51,017 nucleotides of DNA from a plasmid. The DNA lies in sequence record NZ_CP032820.1; one strand, written 5' to 3'. Made by a program: the position numbers and the translations under genes. Below are positions 1-9,833 of this stretch, piece after piece. Within the stretch, counting starts at the first letter, position 1. Each line of letters opens with the position of its first letter. The notes under the pieces were generated by a model that had not been told where the DNA came from, did not search any database, and saw only the letters and a list, made by a program, of their open reading frames with translations.

Positions 1-1218
1 ATGAGCGAAAGATTTGATTACGAACAGTTCAAGGCGAACGCCATAGAACAATTGAAGGCGGGAGTACCACTATCCGGCAAGGACGGAGTATTGGCACCGC
101 TGTTGGAGAATCTGCTTAACAGCGCGCTGGAAGGAGAGATGGACAGCCATCTGGAAGGAGTAGAACGGGAGTACGGGAATCGGCGCAACGGGCACATGAG
201 CAAGCAGGTCCAGACCTCGATGGGCGAAATAACGATCAACACGCCGCGGGACAGGGACGGGACATTCGACCCGCAGGTTGTCCGGAAGAGGGAGAAGATA
301 CTGGCGGACTCATTGGCGGACAGGATAATAGGGCTGTATGCCATCGGGAACAGCACGAGGGAGATAAGCGACATACTGGAGGAGCAGTTCGGGAACAGGA
401 TATCGGCGGAGACGATCAGCAGCATCACGGACAGGGTGCTGCCGGAGATCCAGGCATGGAAGAGCCGGGCGCTGGAAAGCGTCTATCCCATAGTATGGCT
501 TGATGCGGTGCATTATAAGGTGATGGACGAGAAGAACCGTCCTGTGACCAGAGCCATATATAATGTTCTGGCAATCAATTCGGAAGGCCGCAAGGAATTG
601 CTCGGGATGTACATATCCAAGAGCGAGGGTGCGAACTTCTGGCTGGGTGTCCTGACCGACCTCCAGAGCAGAGGAGTCCGGGACATCCTCATAGCGTGCG
701 TTGACGGGCTGAAGGGTTTCCCGGATGCGATAGCGAGCGTCTTTCCCGAGACCACGGTGCAGTTGTGTATAGTCCACCAGATACGCAACTCGATAAAGTA
801 TGTGGCCAGCAAGCGGCAGAAGGAGTTCATGAAGGATCTGAAGCAGGTCTACCAGGCGGTGAACAAGGATGCGGCGGAACAGGCTCTGGATGAGCTGGAA
901 CTGAAGTGGGGCGAGGACTATCCGATAGTCATCAAGAGCTGGCGTGACAACTGGGAAAGGCTCAGCGCGTACTTCCAATACTCCGAACACATACGGCGCA
1001 TAATATACACCACCAACACCGTGGAGGGCTACCACCGCCAGTTGCGTAAGGTCACCAAGAACAAGGGGGTCTTTCCGAACGACACAGCCCTCGAAAAACT
1101 TGTGTTTATGGCATTTACAAGAATCAGACGCAAGTGGACGCAGCCTGTCCAGAACTGGGGTCAGACTGCCCAGCAACTGGCCATCCTGTTCCCGGACAGG
1201 TTCAGGATACTGTCCTGA
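1..1218 (+). CDS. IS256-family (mutator-type) transposase, copy A; identical to the copy at 49711..50928
   Basis: 405-aa ORF with a Transposase_mut-like central region typical of IS256-family transposases. GC-rich relative to the backbone. Confidence 0.85.
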   Translation: MSERFDYEQFKANAIEQLKAGVPLSGKDGVLAPLLENLLNSALEGEMDSHLEGVEREYGNRRNGHMSKQVQTSMGEITINTPRDRDGTFDPQVVRKREKILADSLADRIIGLYAIGNSTREISDILEEQFGNRISAETISSITDRVLPEIQAWKSRALESVYPIVWLDAVHYKVMDEKNRPVTRAIYNVLAINSEGRKELLGMYISKSEGANFWLGVLTDLQSRGVRDILIACVDGLKGFPDAIASVFPETTVQLCIVHQIRNSIKYVASKRQKEFMKDLKQVYQAVNKDAAEQALDELELKWGEDYPIVIKSWRDNWERLSAYFQYSEHIRRIIYTTNTVEGYHRQLRKVTKNKGVFPNDTALEKLVFMAFTRIRRKWTQPVQNWGQTAQQLAILFPDRFRILS

Positions 1219-1333
1219 AAAAACACTATTATTTGGAGTTCTTTGATAGGTTTGATAAATTAGCGGTTGGAGTAGGCGGCCATGGCCGCCTACTCCGACA
1301 CAACAAAACTAAACTTGACACAGTTCAGTTTAC
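1..1333 (+). mobile_element. IS256-family insertion sequence, partial at window start; right terminus about 1333
   Basis: The right terminal IR core ACTTGACACA (RC TGTGTCAAGT) at 1314-1323 matches the left IR core at 49664-49673. The element is about 1.39 kb if the window is circular. Confidence 0.6.
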
Positions 1334-2299
1334 ACTCCCTTTTACTGAAGTTTGCATTAATAAAGAATATACTACAGCTGATATATGCGCAACATATTGT
1401 GACGCTTGTGATTCATTTCCCTTGAAATCCTTAACAAATACCGCTAAGGTATAACTGATATTATTAGGCAGACATATATAGGCAACATCATTGTGAGCTG
1501 CAAGAACACCATTTTCATTAACATAACCTGAACCTGTCTTATGCGCTATAACAACCCCTTCTTTATCAAGAAGTGGAGCTGCTATCCTATCTACACCTGT
1601 TTTGCATTCTTTTAACGTATTCTTAATGAAACTTTGTTTCTCATCATCGATAAGACCTTCAGTAAACAAACGATTCATCAACATTGCAGCACCAAGAGGA
1701 GATGTATAGTTAGAGTAAGCCTTGTTATGGTCAGCCGACATTTCCTCTTCCGTATAAGCTATCTGAAAACTTGAACGAGGAATGAGTGTGGCTATAAAAC
1801 TATCTGTTTGAGCGACATTAACCATATCCTTAAACATAAGGTTGCTTGCATTGTTGTCACTCTGAGTAAGAGTATAACGCAGCAAATCTCTCACTGTCAA
1901 TGATATGACTGGCCCTGAATAATCTTTCAGCATAGGACTCCAAGTCTTTGGGTCAAGTTTATCCCTATTTATATTTACTAAGGTATCAAGTGAAATTCCT
2001 TTATTGTCAAAGTCATTACAAAGAGCTAATGCCTGATGAACCTTAAACACACTCATCATAGGATAAACACTCTTATTATTGACCTTAACCGTATCTCTGT
2101 TATTAACAATAACCGCCACACCAATTTCGCCAGGACAAGCTGAGACAATTTGAGAAATGCTATCAGTCAAAACATTTGTTAAAGGAGGATTTGCGCTATC
2201 TTTTGTCGCTGATTTATGGAACAATGAAAATACCAAGATGAAAATGCAAACTAAAGCTATACACAAAACTACGATTTGTTTTTTTCTGTTTTTTCCCAT
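1325..2299 (-). CDS. cfxA: Class A beta-lactamase, CfxA family (cefoxitin resistance)
   Basis: 324-aa protein with class A motifs S-V-F-K, S-D-N and K-T-G and a signal peptide. The sequence matches what I recall of Bacteroides/Prevotella CfxA nearly residue for residue. The E in KGNESQ is consistent with the CfxA2/3-type K272E substitution, which I recall only tentatively. Confidence 0.9.
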   Translation of the reverse strand: MGKNRKKQIVVLCIALVCIFILVFSLFHKSATKDSANPPLTNVLTDSISQIVSACPGEIGVAVIVNNRDTVKVNNKSVYPMMSVFKVHQALALCNDFDNKGISLDTLVNINRDKLDPKTWSPMLKDYSGPVISLTVRDLLRYTLTQSDNNASNLMFKDMVNVAQTDSFIATLIPRSSFQIAYTEEEMSADHNKAYSNYTSPLGAAMLMNRLFTEGLIDDEKQSFIKNTLKECKTGVDRIAAPLLDKEGVVIAHKTGSGYVNENGVLAAHNDVAYICLPNNISYTLAVFVKDFKGNESQASQYVAHISAVVYSLLMQTSVKGSVN

Positions 2300-3329
2300 G
2301 TTTATATTATTTATATTTGTTTGACGAGAATATCTTTATTTGCCGACAAAGGTACATAACTTTACGGAAAAATATGTTTCTAAAATATATAAATAGACAG
2401 CTGTGGGGAAAAATTAGATAATTAAAAAGGCTAAATGACTGAAAATAATCACTTAGCCTTTTAATCCGTACCCAGACCCGTACTTCGTAATTGCTGCGCC
2501 CATCATTCAAGACTGTCAAATCGGGTCTTTCCTGTCAAGCCAATGATGCCTATGCGTATGCCAAACACATGGATTACGGATTTCTCGTTCCGTGAACAAA
2601 CACTTTATCCGCAACTCTGCTATGTGGTGTATTGGCTTAACTCCATTTCTATGGGCAACACTTTTGTTGCAGATTTCAAGCAGCTTTTATCGAAATACCC
2701 ATCAGTAAGAACCCGTTTATTAGGCTTTCCTCATAATTGGGAACAAGAGCCTTTGTGGAGATAAAATAATTGCCCTGTTTCTTAAAAAGCACTGGGGCAA
2801 ACCAGCTCCGTCTTTAATTGTTTCCAATAAATGGATTGTTTCAAGCCCCTATAGAAAGAGAACAAAAATTCCTGTGTGAAAATTAATCTACGACAAGGAG
2901 CAAGCAAGGAGCAATATCAAACAAAAATCAATACCTTTGCAGTACATATGAGATAGACCAAAACAAAAGTGGAATATCGGAAACGAATAGCAAGGAAAAG
3001 AGAAGAAACGACCCAAGTTGATGTCCTTTTTGAGTTAATAATCAATAAAAGCGTTAAATCTTCACCTTTTAGAATGTGCAATTAAAAATAACAACCATAT
3101 TTCTGACTTATTATCTATAAAATATTGAGTAATAATCGGTTGTAAATACTTAGATTAAATACAAATTAACATTGATAGTAGCCTACAAAAAAAACGAGTA
3201 GGAGTTGACGAGTTGCTAGAAGTAATTAAAATGCAAAATGAAATTAATGAGCTAAGAAAAAATGGGAAATTAACTCCAGAAGACACTGTACGAATAAAAG
3301 ATTTATACCATAAATTAAATAAATAGCGT

Positions 3330-4439
3330 ATGAAACAGATTAATATTAAAAAACCTAAGTACATCATTCCTATACTCATCCTACCTTTTATCCTAGGGAT
3401 AGGATGGCTAGTTAAGGATATGATAAACTCTGCCCCAGCAGAAGAAACTACATTAGTAGAAACGGAAGAATTAAATCTTGATATTCCTGATGCTAATTTA
3501 GAAAAAAGAGAGATAAAAAGTAAATTTGAATCACTCAAAGGAGCTTTCAATAAATCTTCTGATTATTCATCAATACAAACCATAGATAAAGAAGAAGAAG
3601 TTAGCGAAATTGAAAGTTCTGGTTCTCTTTACTCCAATGATGAAATAAGGCAAATTGACAGTTTAAATCAAGCTTCTAGAATCCGAGAAAAGGAATTGGA
3701 ACAACAAATAAAAGGATTTCCTACTATAGATGAATCAAGTCAAACAGAAACTAGGAAAGCTCCTGAAAAATCCAAGATGCAAGAAGAAATGGAGCTTTTT
3801 AAAATGCAAATGGCTTATATAGATTCATTGCAAAATCCACGTCCTAGAACACCTCAAAAAAAACAAGATGAAAAGCCAAAAGAAAAGGCTATAGAAGTTG
3901 TAAAAGCGAAAAATCCCGCAGAAGTATATTTTAATACTGTAGGGAAAGAACAAAAAACTTCACTAATCACAGCTATATTAGATGAAACTTTAAAAGTAAC
4001 AGATGGTAGCCGAGTACGCATACGGCTTTTAGATGATATAATGATTAATGACGCTCTTTTAACTAAAGGCACTTACCTATATGGGAATGTATCTGGCTTT
4101 AAAGCTCAAAGAGTACACATTAATATTTCCTCTATAATGGTTGATGGCAGACAAATGAAAGTAGATTTATCTGTATATGATAATGACGGACAAGAAGGTT
4201 TCTTTGTTCCTTCATCAGCTTTTAGAGATTTGAGTAAAGATGTTGGAGCGCAAATAGGAAGCCAAACTATACAAATGAACAGCCAATCAGAAGGAGTAGA
4301 ACAATTCGCTTTAGGTGCTTTACAAGATGCTTACCGTAGTACAACCCAAGCTCTTTCCAAAAACATCAAAAAAAACAAAGCCAAATTAAAATATAACACA
4401 CAAGTTTTTTTAGTAAACAACAAAGATAAAGAACAATAA
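3330..4439 (+). CDS. traM: Conjugative transfer protein TraM-like (Bacteroidetes T4SS)
   Basis: N-terminal TM segment, size and position immediately before a TraN-like gene. Same order as CTnDOT traM-traN. Confidence 0.55.
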   Translation: MKQINIKKPKYIIPILILPFILGIGWLVKDMINSAPAEETTLVETEELNLDIPDANLEKREIKSKFESLKGAFNKSSDYSSIQTIDKEEEVSEIESSGSLYSNDEIRQIDSLNQASRIREKELEQQIKGFPTIDESSQTETRKAPEKSKMQEEMELFKMQMAYIDSLQNPRPRTPQKKQDEKPKEKAIEVVKAKNPAEVYFNTVGKEQKTSLITAILDETLKVTDGSRVRIRLLDDIMINDALLTKGTYLYGNVSGFKAQRVHINISSIMVDGRQMKVDLSVYDNDGQEGFFVPSSAFRDLSKDVGAQIGSQTIQMNSQSEGVEQFALGALQDAYRSTTQALSKNIKKNKAKLKYNTQVFLVNNKDKEQ

Positions 4440-4440
4440 T

Positions 4441-5280
4441 ATGAGAAAGATTTTTATTGCATTATGCACAATGGTTTCTGTTATTACAGGAAATGCACAG
4501 AACACCCCTATTGGAGAAAACATCGAGCTTGCAGGTGAAAACCCAGAAGAACTAAAGGTTATATATGTCAACAAAGATGTTTCAACGCATTTTATAGCTA
4601 TGGAAGATATAAAATATGTTGATATATCAGTCAATGATATTGTTGGCGATATTCCTACTGGTAACTCTCTTAGAATAAAGCCCACAAAAGAAGGAGCTAG
4701 TGGAGTTATCACCATTGTTACAGAAAGATTTTTCGTACAATATATGCTAGTATATAGTAGCGATTTAGCAAAAGCATACACTCGCTTTAATATCCCTTAT
4801 GCTGATTTACGTAGCTATATGAATCCAGAAGTGAACTTAACCAAAGCACAAATGTATGATTACGCACATAGAATGTTTATTTCAAAAAATAAATTCTATG
4901 ATGTTTCCAGTAAAAGTAACCTAATGAAAATTGTACTAAACAATATCTACACATTAGATAAGTATTTCTTTATTGATATTTCTATGATTAATAAAACAAA
5001 AATACGATATGATATAGACCAAATACGCTTCAAAATAGAAGATAAAAAACAAACAAAGGCTACTAATTTTCAATCTATAGAAATACTTCCATTGATGCAA
5101 GTTAATAAGAATCTTGTTTTCAAGAAGAACTATCGAAATATTTTTGTCTTTGAAAAATTTACTTTCCCAGACGAAAAAGTTCTTACCATAGAAATATCTG
5201 AAAAACAGATTTCAGGACGTACTATAACATTAAGAATTGATTATGCAGACATTCTTCATGCAGATGCTTTTACCGAATAA
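4441..5280 (+). CDS. traN: Conjugative transfer protein TraN-like (DUF4138)
   Basis: Signal peptide, 279 aa, adjacent to traM with 1-bp spacing. Overall resemblance to Bacteroides TraN. Confidence 0.55.
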   Translation: MRKIFIALCTMVSVITGNAQNTPIGENIELAGENPEELKVIYVNKDVSTHFIAMEDIKYVDISVNDIVGDIPTGNSLRIKPTKEGASGVITIVTERFFVQYMLVYSSDLAKAYTRFNIPYADLRSYMNPEVNLTKAQMYDYAHRMFISKNKFYDVSSKSNLMKIVLNNIYTLDKYFFIDISMINKTKIRYDIDQIRFKIEDKKQTKATNFQSIEILPLMQVNKNLVFKKNYRNIFVFEKFTFPDEKVLTIEISEKQISGRTITLRIDYADILHADAFTE

Positions 5281-5298
5281 ATAAAAACAGGAATTAAT

Positions 5299-5640
5299 AT
5301 GGAAACAAACTCACGCCCAGAGGCAACCGCTTCCCCCGTTAAGCAGGGACAGTACAGCCCACGGAAAAGGAAAGACACCACGCCGAAAGTAAACCCGCAG
5401 CTTGCGGTAGAACTGGTATATCAAGAATTGAAACGTGTCGAAGCCTATACAAAGCGCATAGAAAAGGCTATGGAAAAAGGCAGCCAACTTGAGATGTCTA
5501 TAGAAGAACTAATAAAAACATTAAAAGAAGAATCCAAGAAGCGAGAAGAATATTACATTTTAAAGCGAGGTATTTTGTTAACACAGATACTCCTTCTCGG
5601 TTTTTTAATTTTAATTGCTATATATAAATTCTGGTTTTAA
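5299..5640 (+). CDS. Hypothetical tail-anchored coiled-coil protein (TraO position)
   Basis: C-terminal TM helix. Positioned within the tra operon. Confidence 0.35.
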   Translation: METNSRPEATASPVKQGQYSPRKRKDTTPKVNPQLAVELVYQELKRVEAYTKRIEKAMEKGSQLEMSIEELIKTLKEESKKREEYYILKRGILLTQILLLGFLILIAIYKFWF

Positions 5641-5658
5641 TAATTAAAAATAAAACAT

Positions 5659-6417
5659 ATGAATATTCTCAATGAGAAAAAAGAAGTAACTCCAATTATA
5701 ACCCCAAGTCTTGGTTATAAATTACGTTCCATTAACTGGAACGAGGATTTCTATTTTGACAACCCCATTGATAAAGAGAAAATAAATAGTATTCCCAAAG
5801 CTATAGAAATATCCAAAGATATATTTCTTGCTATTGAGAAGAGTGGAATGCAGTATAGAGAAACTTATAAATGGGATGAATATTTATACTTCAAAATGAC
5901 AGCGGAAAATATTTTTGCAGCAACCATATACTATTACTGCAAACACTATCCTAAAGAATATTGTAATCTTGCTTACATCATAGCAACCGTATGTAATCCT
6001 GATATAAGTATTTTGTCAGAAATGCTAAAGCGTGATAGGGAAACTGAAATATTTATAAGAGGATTGAATGAGTGTCATACCTTAAATGTTGGTTCGGAAT
6101 TCACTGGAATCAAAAATGAATTAACCACATATTTAGGAAGGCTATATACTAAAGAATTCTTCTATTTGTTCACAGAAGGAAAATATTCCCCTAATACATC
6201 CCAATTTATCCTACTTCACTATTTCGATAATGTAATATGGCAAGTGGAACAATTACAGAAAAATGGTTTTTTGTTCTTGGAATCAAATATAAAAAAAGAG
6301 AATGATGAAGAATCCTTATATGATAGTTATGATGATGGCATTCCTATAAAATTTCTAATAAACAAAGGGCGTCTTGATTTTTCGAAAATCATGTATGAAT
6401 CCACAGAAAAAAAATGA
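5659..6417 (+). CDS. Hypothetical protein in the tra operon
   Basis: 252-aa ORF, co-oriented and tightly packed with its neighbours. No recognisable motif. Confidence 0.4.
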   Translation: MNILNEKKEVTPIITPSLGYKLRSINWNEDFYFDNPIDKEKINSIPKAIEISKDIFLAIEKSGMQYRETYKWDEYLYFKMTAENIFAATIYYYCKHYPKEYCNLAYIIATVCNPDISILSEMLKRDRETEIFIRGLNECHTLNVGSEFTGIKNELTTYLGRLYTKEFFYLFTEGKYSPNTSQFILLHYFDNVIWQVEQLQKNGFLFLESNIKKENDEESLYDSYDDGIPIKFLINKGRLDFSKIMYESTEKK

Positions 6418-6947
6418 AACTAACAATATTAAATAATAACACAATGAAGAAAATTATATTTCTTATTATGATTTCATTTATTTCCCTAAAGTCAATGGCT
6501 GGTGATGGTGATAAGTTTTTTAATATTTCAGGAGGTTGGCAATGGAAAAATACTGTCAATGCAGTTGTAGGGCTGGAGTTTGAAGGTAAATATCACAATG
6601 CTTATGAACTATATATTGATTTAGCTACAGCATATGATAAATGCCCGGTATGTAATAAGGTATGCTCTGATAGTTTCTGGAGCTATAAAACATTCGGCAT
6701 AGGTGCAGCATATAAACCTACAATCTCACGAGGCAAAAACAGTAATTTAAGATGGAGGTTTGGAGCAGATTTAGGAGCTAACAGAAAAGGGTTTCAGGCT
6801 TCCATTGATATAGGTTTAGAATATAGCTATTCATTTAGAAATGGAATGCAAGTCTTTGTAATGCAAAAAAATGATTTTGTATTTTGGACACGTGACCATT
6901 TCCGAAATGGATTATTAGTAGGTGTTAAATTTCCAATAAATAAATAA
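6414..6947 (+). CDS. Predicted outer-membrane beta-barrel protein with signal peptide
   Basis: Signal peptide, alternating aromatic/hydrophilic beta-strand pattern and a C-terminal aromatic residue. Start overlaps the previous gene by 4 bp. Confidence 0.4.
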   Translation: MKLTILNNNTMKKIIFLIMISFISLKSMAGDGDKFFNISGGWQWKNTVNAVVGLEFEGKYHNAYELYIDLATAYDKCPVCNKVCSDSFWSYKTFGIGAAYKPTISRGKNSNLRWRFGADLGANRKGFQASIDIGLEYSYSFRNGMQVFVMQKNDFVFWTRDHFRNGLLVGVKFPINK

Positions 6948-6957
6948 ATAAATAAGT

Positions 6958-7617
6958 ATGAAAAAAATATATATAATTCTATTATCCATTATAGGGGTAA
7001 TATCATCATGTACAAAACACGAAGATATTATAGACACATCATTACAGCCGGGTAGTATCTTATGTAGTGATGGAAGTATAGTGCATCCCTCGCTTTTTTC
7101 ACCCAGTGAAAAAGAAGCCATTGGAGTTGTATTTTGGTGTAATGATGGGAATAATCCAAATATAAAAGAAACCGCTTATGCCGTTTCATTAGAAGATTTA
7201 GAAGAAAATCCTTTAATAGACACAGACGAGGATATAGCTAATGTTTCGGAAGATGAAAACAGCTTTGATGGAGCAGCTAATACTGCCGCAATAATGAACT
7301 TTGCTATAAAGGATAGCTTAGCTTATCCAGCAGCTCAAAAAGCTATAGAATATGCGCCAAAAGGTGTTACAGGTTGGTTTATTGGCTCTATCGCACAAAA
7401 CAAAGCAATCTCTAATAATCTTGAAAAGATATATTCTTCTTTCTCAATCATTGGAGGAACGCACTTTGATGGTTGGTACTGGAGTTCTACAGAAGATGGA
7501 GCAGGAAAAGATACTCCTAAAGTGTTTGCACTAATTTCTTCATTAACAAAAGGAAGAGCAACCAGTACAAGCAAAAGAAATTCATTTAAAATCAGACCTA
7601 TTATAGCAATAAGATAA
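6958..7617 (+). CDS. Lipoprotein with DUF1566 (Lcl C-terminal-like) domain
   Basis: Lipobox (ISSC), FDGWYWSSTE motif characteristic of DUF1566, acidic linker. Confidence 0.5.
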   Translation: MKKIYIILLSIIGVISSCTKHEDIIDTSLQPGSILCSDGSIVHPSLFSPSEKEAIGVVFWCNDGNNPNIKETAYAVSLEDLEENPLIDTDEDIANVSEDENSFDGAANTAAIMNFAIKDSLAYPAAQKAIEYAPKGVTGWFIGSIAQNKAISNNLEKIYSSFSIIGGTHFDGWYWSSTEDGAGKDTPKVFALISSLTKGRATSTSKRNSFKIRPIIAIR

Positions 7618-7619
7618 TC

Positions 7620-8261
7620 ATGAAAAAGAAAATAATTATACTAGCAGCCTTCGTTATTACATTTTTTACCGCATGTACTTCAACGCATATGATAACTTTC
7701 AGTAACGCTGAACTAAGCGACAAAGAAAAAGACATGATAGAAAATAATAGCAACTATTCAACCGCTTCAATAGTTGGTGGAAGTGCAAAATTAGTTAAGG
7801 AAGAAAGAGATAAAGCTATCCAAGAAAAGATAGAAGCTAGAAGAAATAAACTAAAAGCTATTGATGGCTTATCAATCTCCAGCTATAAAGATAAAAATGG
7901 AAAAGAACAGTTTAAAGCAACAGCTCAAAGTGAAATCTTATTCAAATTTGATTCATATGAATTAAATGAAGAAGCTCAAAAAATGCTTTCTGACTTATGT
8001 AATATCATTACTGAAATACCCAATACTAAGATTAAAATAATTGGGCATACTGACAATATAGGAGAAAAACAATACAATATCATACTTTCTAAAAATAGAG
8101 CAGCAGCAGTAGGAAATTACCTTAGAACCGCTGGTATAGAAACAAACAACATAACAGAAGATGGAAAAGGATATAGCGAACCCATTGCAGACAATACAAG
8201 TGAAGCTGGACGTGCTAAAAATAGGAGAGTAGAAATATTTATCACAAATGATGAATATTAA
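7620..8261 (+). CDS. OmpA-family (OmpA_C-like peptidoglycan-binding) lipoprotein
   Basis: Lipobox (FTAC) and C-terminal OmpA-like domain: FDSYEL..., TDNIGEKQYN..LS.NRAAAV..YL, RRVEI. Confidence 0.7.
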   Translation: MKKKIIILAAFVITFFTACTSTHMITFSNAELSDKEKDMIENNSNYSTASIVGGSAKLVKEERDKAIQEKIEARRNKLKAIDGLSISSYKDKNGKEQFKATAQSEILFKFDSYELNEEAQKMLSDLCNIITEIPNTKIKIIGHTDNIGEKQYNIILSKNRAAAVGNYLRTAGIETNNITEDGKGYSEPIADNTSEAGRAKNRRVEIFITNDEY

Positions 8262-8282
8262 AAAGAGAGATTTCTATTAATA

Positions 8283-8311
8283 AAGACCGGGAGATAAAAC
8301 TCTCGGTCTTT
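8283..8311 (+). terminator. Intrinsic terminator hairpin after the OmpA-family gene
   Basis: AAGACCGGGAG-ataaaac-CTCGGTCTT followed by a T-rich tract. Confidence 0.5.
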
Positions 8312-8321
8312 ATTAATAGTC

Positions 8322-9040
8322 TGGAAAGAAATTGATACCGTACTTTTCGGAGTTGCGGCATTGATGGGTAAACATGGCATGATGAAATGATACCGAATTA
8401 TCATTCCTGGCACACCCTGCAGAACGACCTTTTGATACCAAATACAAAAGCAGCCGGAAGCCGGACGCAAAAAATTGATACCATAAAACATTAGGGAAAA
8501 AGAACAGGAACAAAATACAATATTATATATATAAATAATATACGAATATATAATATATAAACAAATAATATATAATATATGATTAATATACTCCACTTCC
8601 AGAAAAAGCAACACGAAGAATCTTCTTTTCCCTAAAGTTCTTTGTGTCGTTTCTCTCTATATCTGAATACAGAAAAACGGCTGCATCATAAAAGAAAAGA
8701 CACCGACACCATTCAGGAACTACCGCCCATCGGCAAAAGGATTGCATCTAATTGATACCTTTTCTGCCTGCACTGGAGAGAAACCGGGAAGGTATTTGAT
8801 ACCGTACTTTTCCGGGTTCTGCCCGGCATGGACGATAAGAGAACATTATTATGATACCAAAAACCTTAGGGAAAAATAAAACCTCGGCAGTCTATAAACC
8901 TAAAACCATTTTTAACAAAAATAATTGTCCTATTATTTGCGACATTTATAGAAAATCACTATCTTTGAGTATTGAAAATAAAGAGATAAACAAACCTTTA
9001 AAGCTGGTTTGGCTGCCAGTATAAAGAACAGCAAACAAAA
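8322..9040. repeat. Composite intergenic repeat, copy 1: type B (8322-8510), AT-rich linker, type A (8626-8874), type C promoter module (8878-9040)
   Basis: Near-identical to the reverse-orientation copies at 25660-26160 and 30893-31630. Contains 7 TTGATACC/TGATACC boxes. Type A is bounded by TTTTCCCTAAAGTT/AACCTTAGGGAAAA. Confidence 0.9.
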
Positions 9041-9042
9041 TT

Positions 9043-9312
9043 ATGAATATCTTAAGATTTCTTTTAAGTAGCCTTTTATGGGCTATTGGTGGGGTTCTTG
9101 TATTAGCAATCTATGCGTATAGTGAACTAGTCTATTTGATTTTTATTTGCATTGCAATACTAGGATTAACCATCTACTACAGAAAATCCATAATAAAAAT
9201 GTACGCAGAAATCTTTAATGAGCTAGGAATCAATAAGTATGTTATACAAATTAAAAATCTAAAGAAATACAAAGAACCTATTTACAAACTAATCAATACA
9301 ATAGGTCTATGA
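9043..9312 (+). CDS. Small two-TM membrane protein
   Basis: 89-aa hydrophobic ORF whose ATG is the conserved 3' end of repeat type C (CAGCAAACAAAATTATG). Confidence 0.5.
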   Translation: MNILRFLLSSLLWAIGGVLVLAIYAYSELVYLIFICIAILGLTIYYRKSIIKMYAEIFNELGINKYVIQIKNLKKYKEPIYKLINTIGL

Positions 9313-9383
9313 TAATTGTTTTTTCTCTATCTTTGCTAAATACATCAGCAAGATAGCTATATAAAATTAGAAAATAAATAGTT

Positions 9384-9833
9384 ATGGAAACTAATCAAAC
9401 ATATCAAAATGAACTTGGTTCGGCTATGCTCCCATTTGTTATGAGAGAATTGGTTGATACAGTCATGAAAAGAAAAACGCTACCTTTAGAAGATGCGTTA
9501 TACTATATATATTCTTCCAATTTGTACAAGGCATTATTGGACGAGAATACAAAACTATGGTATTCAAGTACATTATCACTTTATGAAGCATTAGAAAAAG
9601 AGAAAACAGAACAGAAGAAAGTACAAAAGGACAATCCAAAGATATTGCTTTTTCAAATGTTTTGTGCTGAAAATTACAGGGAAACTAAAAATATAAGTGC
9701 TAAAGAAACTCTTTTGCTGTTTTCCAATCATGGCGTTTTTGAATTTCTATATGAAAATTTTGAAATGCTGCACACACAAGATACAGAGTATATATTAGAT
9801 ACTATAATAACTTATATCAATAAAAAGGCATGA
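9384..9833 (+). CDS. DUF3791-domain protein
   Basis: N-terminal LGSAMLPFVMRE... pattern and size typical of DUF3791. Overlaps the next gene by 4 bp. Confidence 0.6.
   Translation: METNQTYQNELGSAMLPFVMRELVDTVMKRKTLPLEDALYYIYSSNLYKALLDENTKLWYSSTLSLYEALEKEKTEQKKVQKDNPKILLFQMFCAENYRETKNISAKETLLLFSNHGVFEFLYENFEMLHTQDTEYILDTIITYINKKA

Noticed and set aside
18-1176. Antisense ORFs inside the IS transposase gene (18..428, 310..1176, 513..830, with duplicates at 49728..50886)
   Set aside because: They lie on the opposite strand of a well-supported transposase CDS and are GC-rich, which gives spurious open frames. They have no independent support.
2307-2764. Short ORFs between cfxA and traM (2307..2519 minus, 2543..2764 plus)
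   Set aside because: No RBS or motif support. The region is more likely the cfxA promoter/upstream sequence and the right-end remnant of the inserted element. The 2543..2764 peptide might be a transposase fragment, but that cannot be supported from sequence alone.
3155-3550. Minus-strand 131-aa ORF overlapping the traM start
   Set aside because: It overlaps a well-supported plus-strand gene and has low-complexity hydrophobic composition. It is likely spurious.
8258-8614. ORFs of 60-120 aa inside the dispersed repeats (8258..8614, 8313..8513, 18891..19091, 21707..21931, 25591..25791, 25919..26134, 31476..31751) that share peptides such as SAGCARNDNSVSFHHAMF and TFSACTGEKPGRYLIPYFSGFCPAWTIREHYYDTKK
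   Set aside because: The peptide similarity simply reflects repeated DNA present in both orientations. These ORFs lack start contexts, are low-complexity and run through palindromes and box arrays. They are treated as non-coding repeat sequence.
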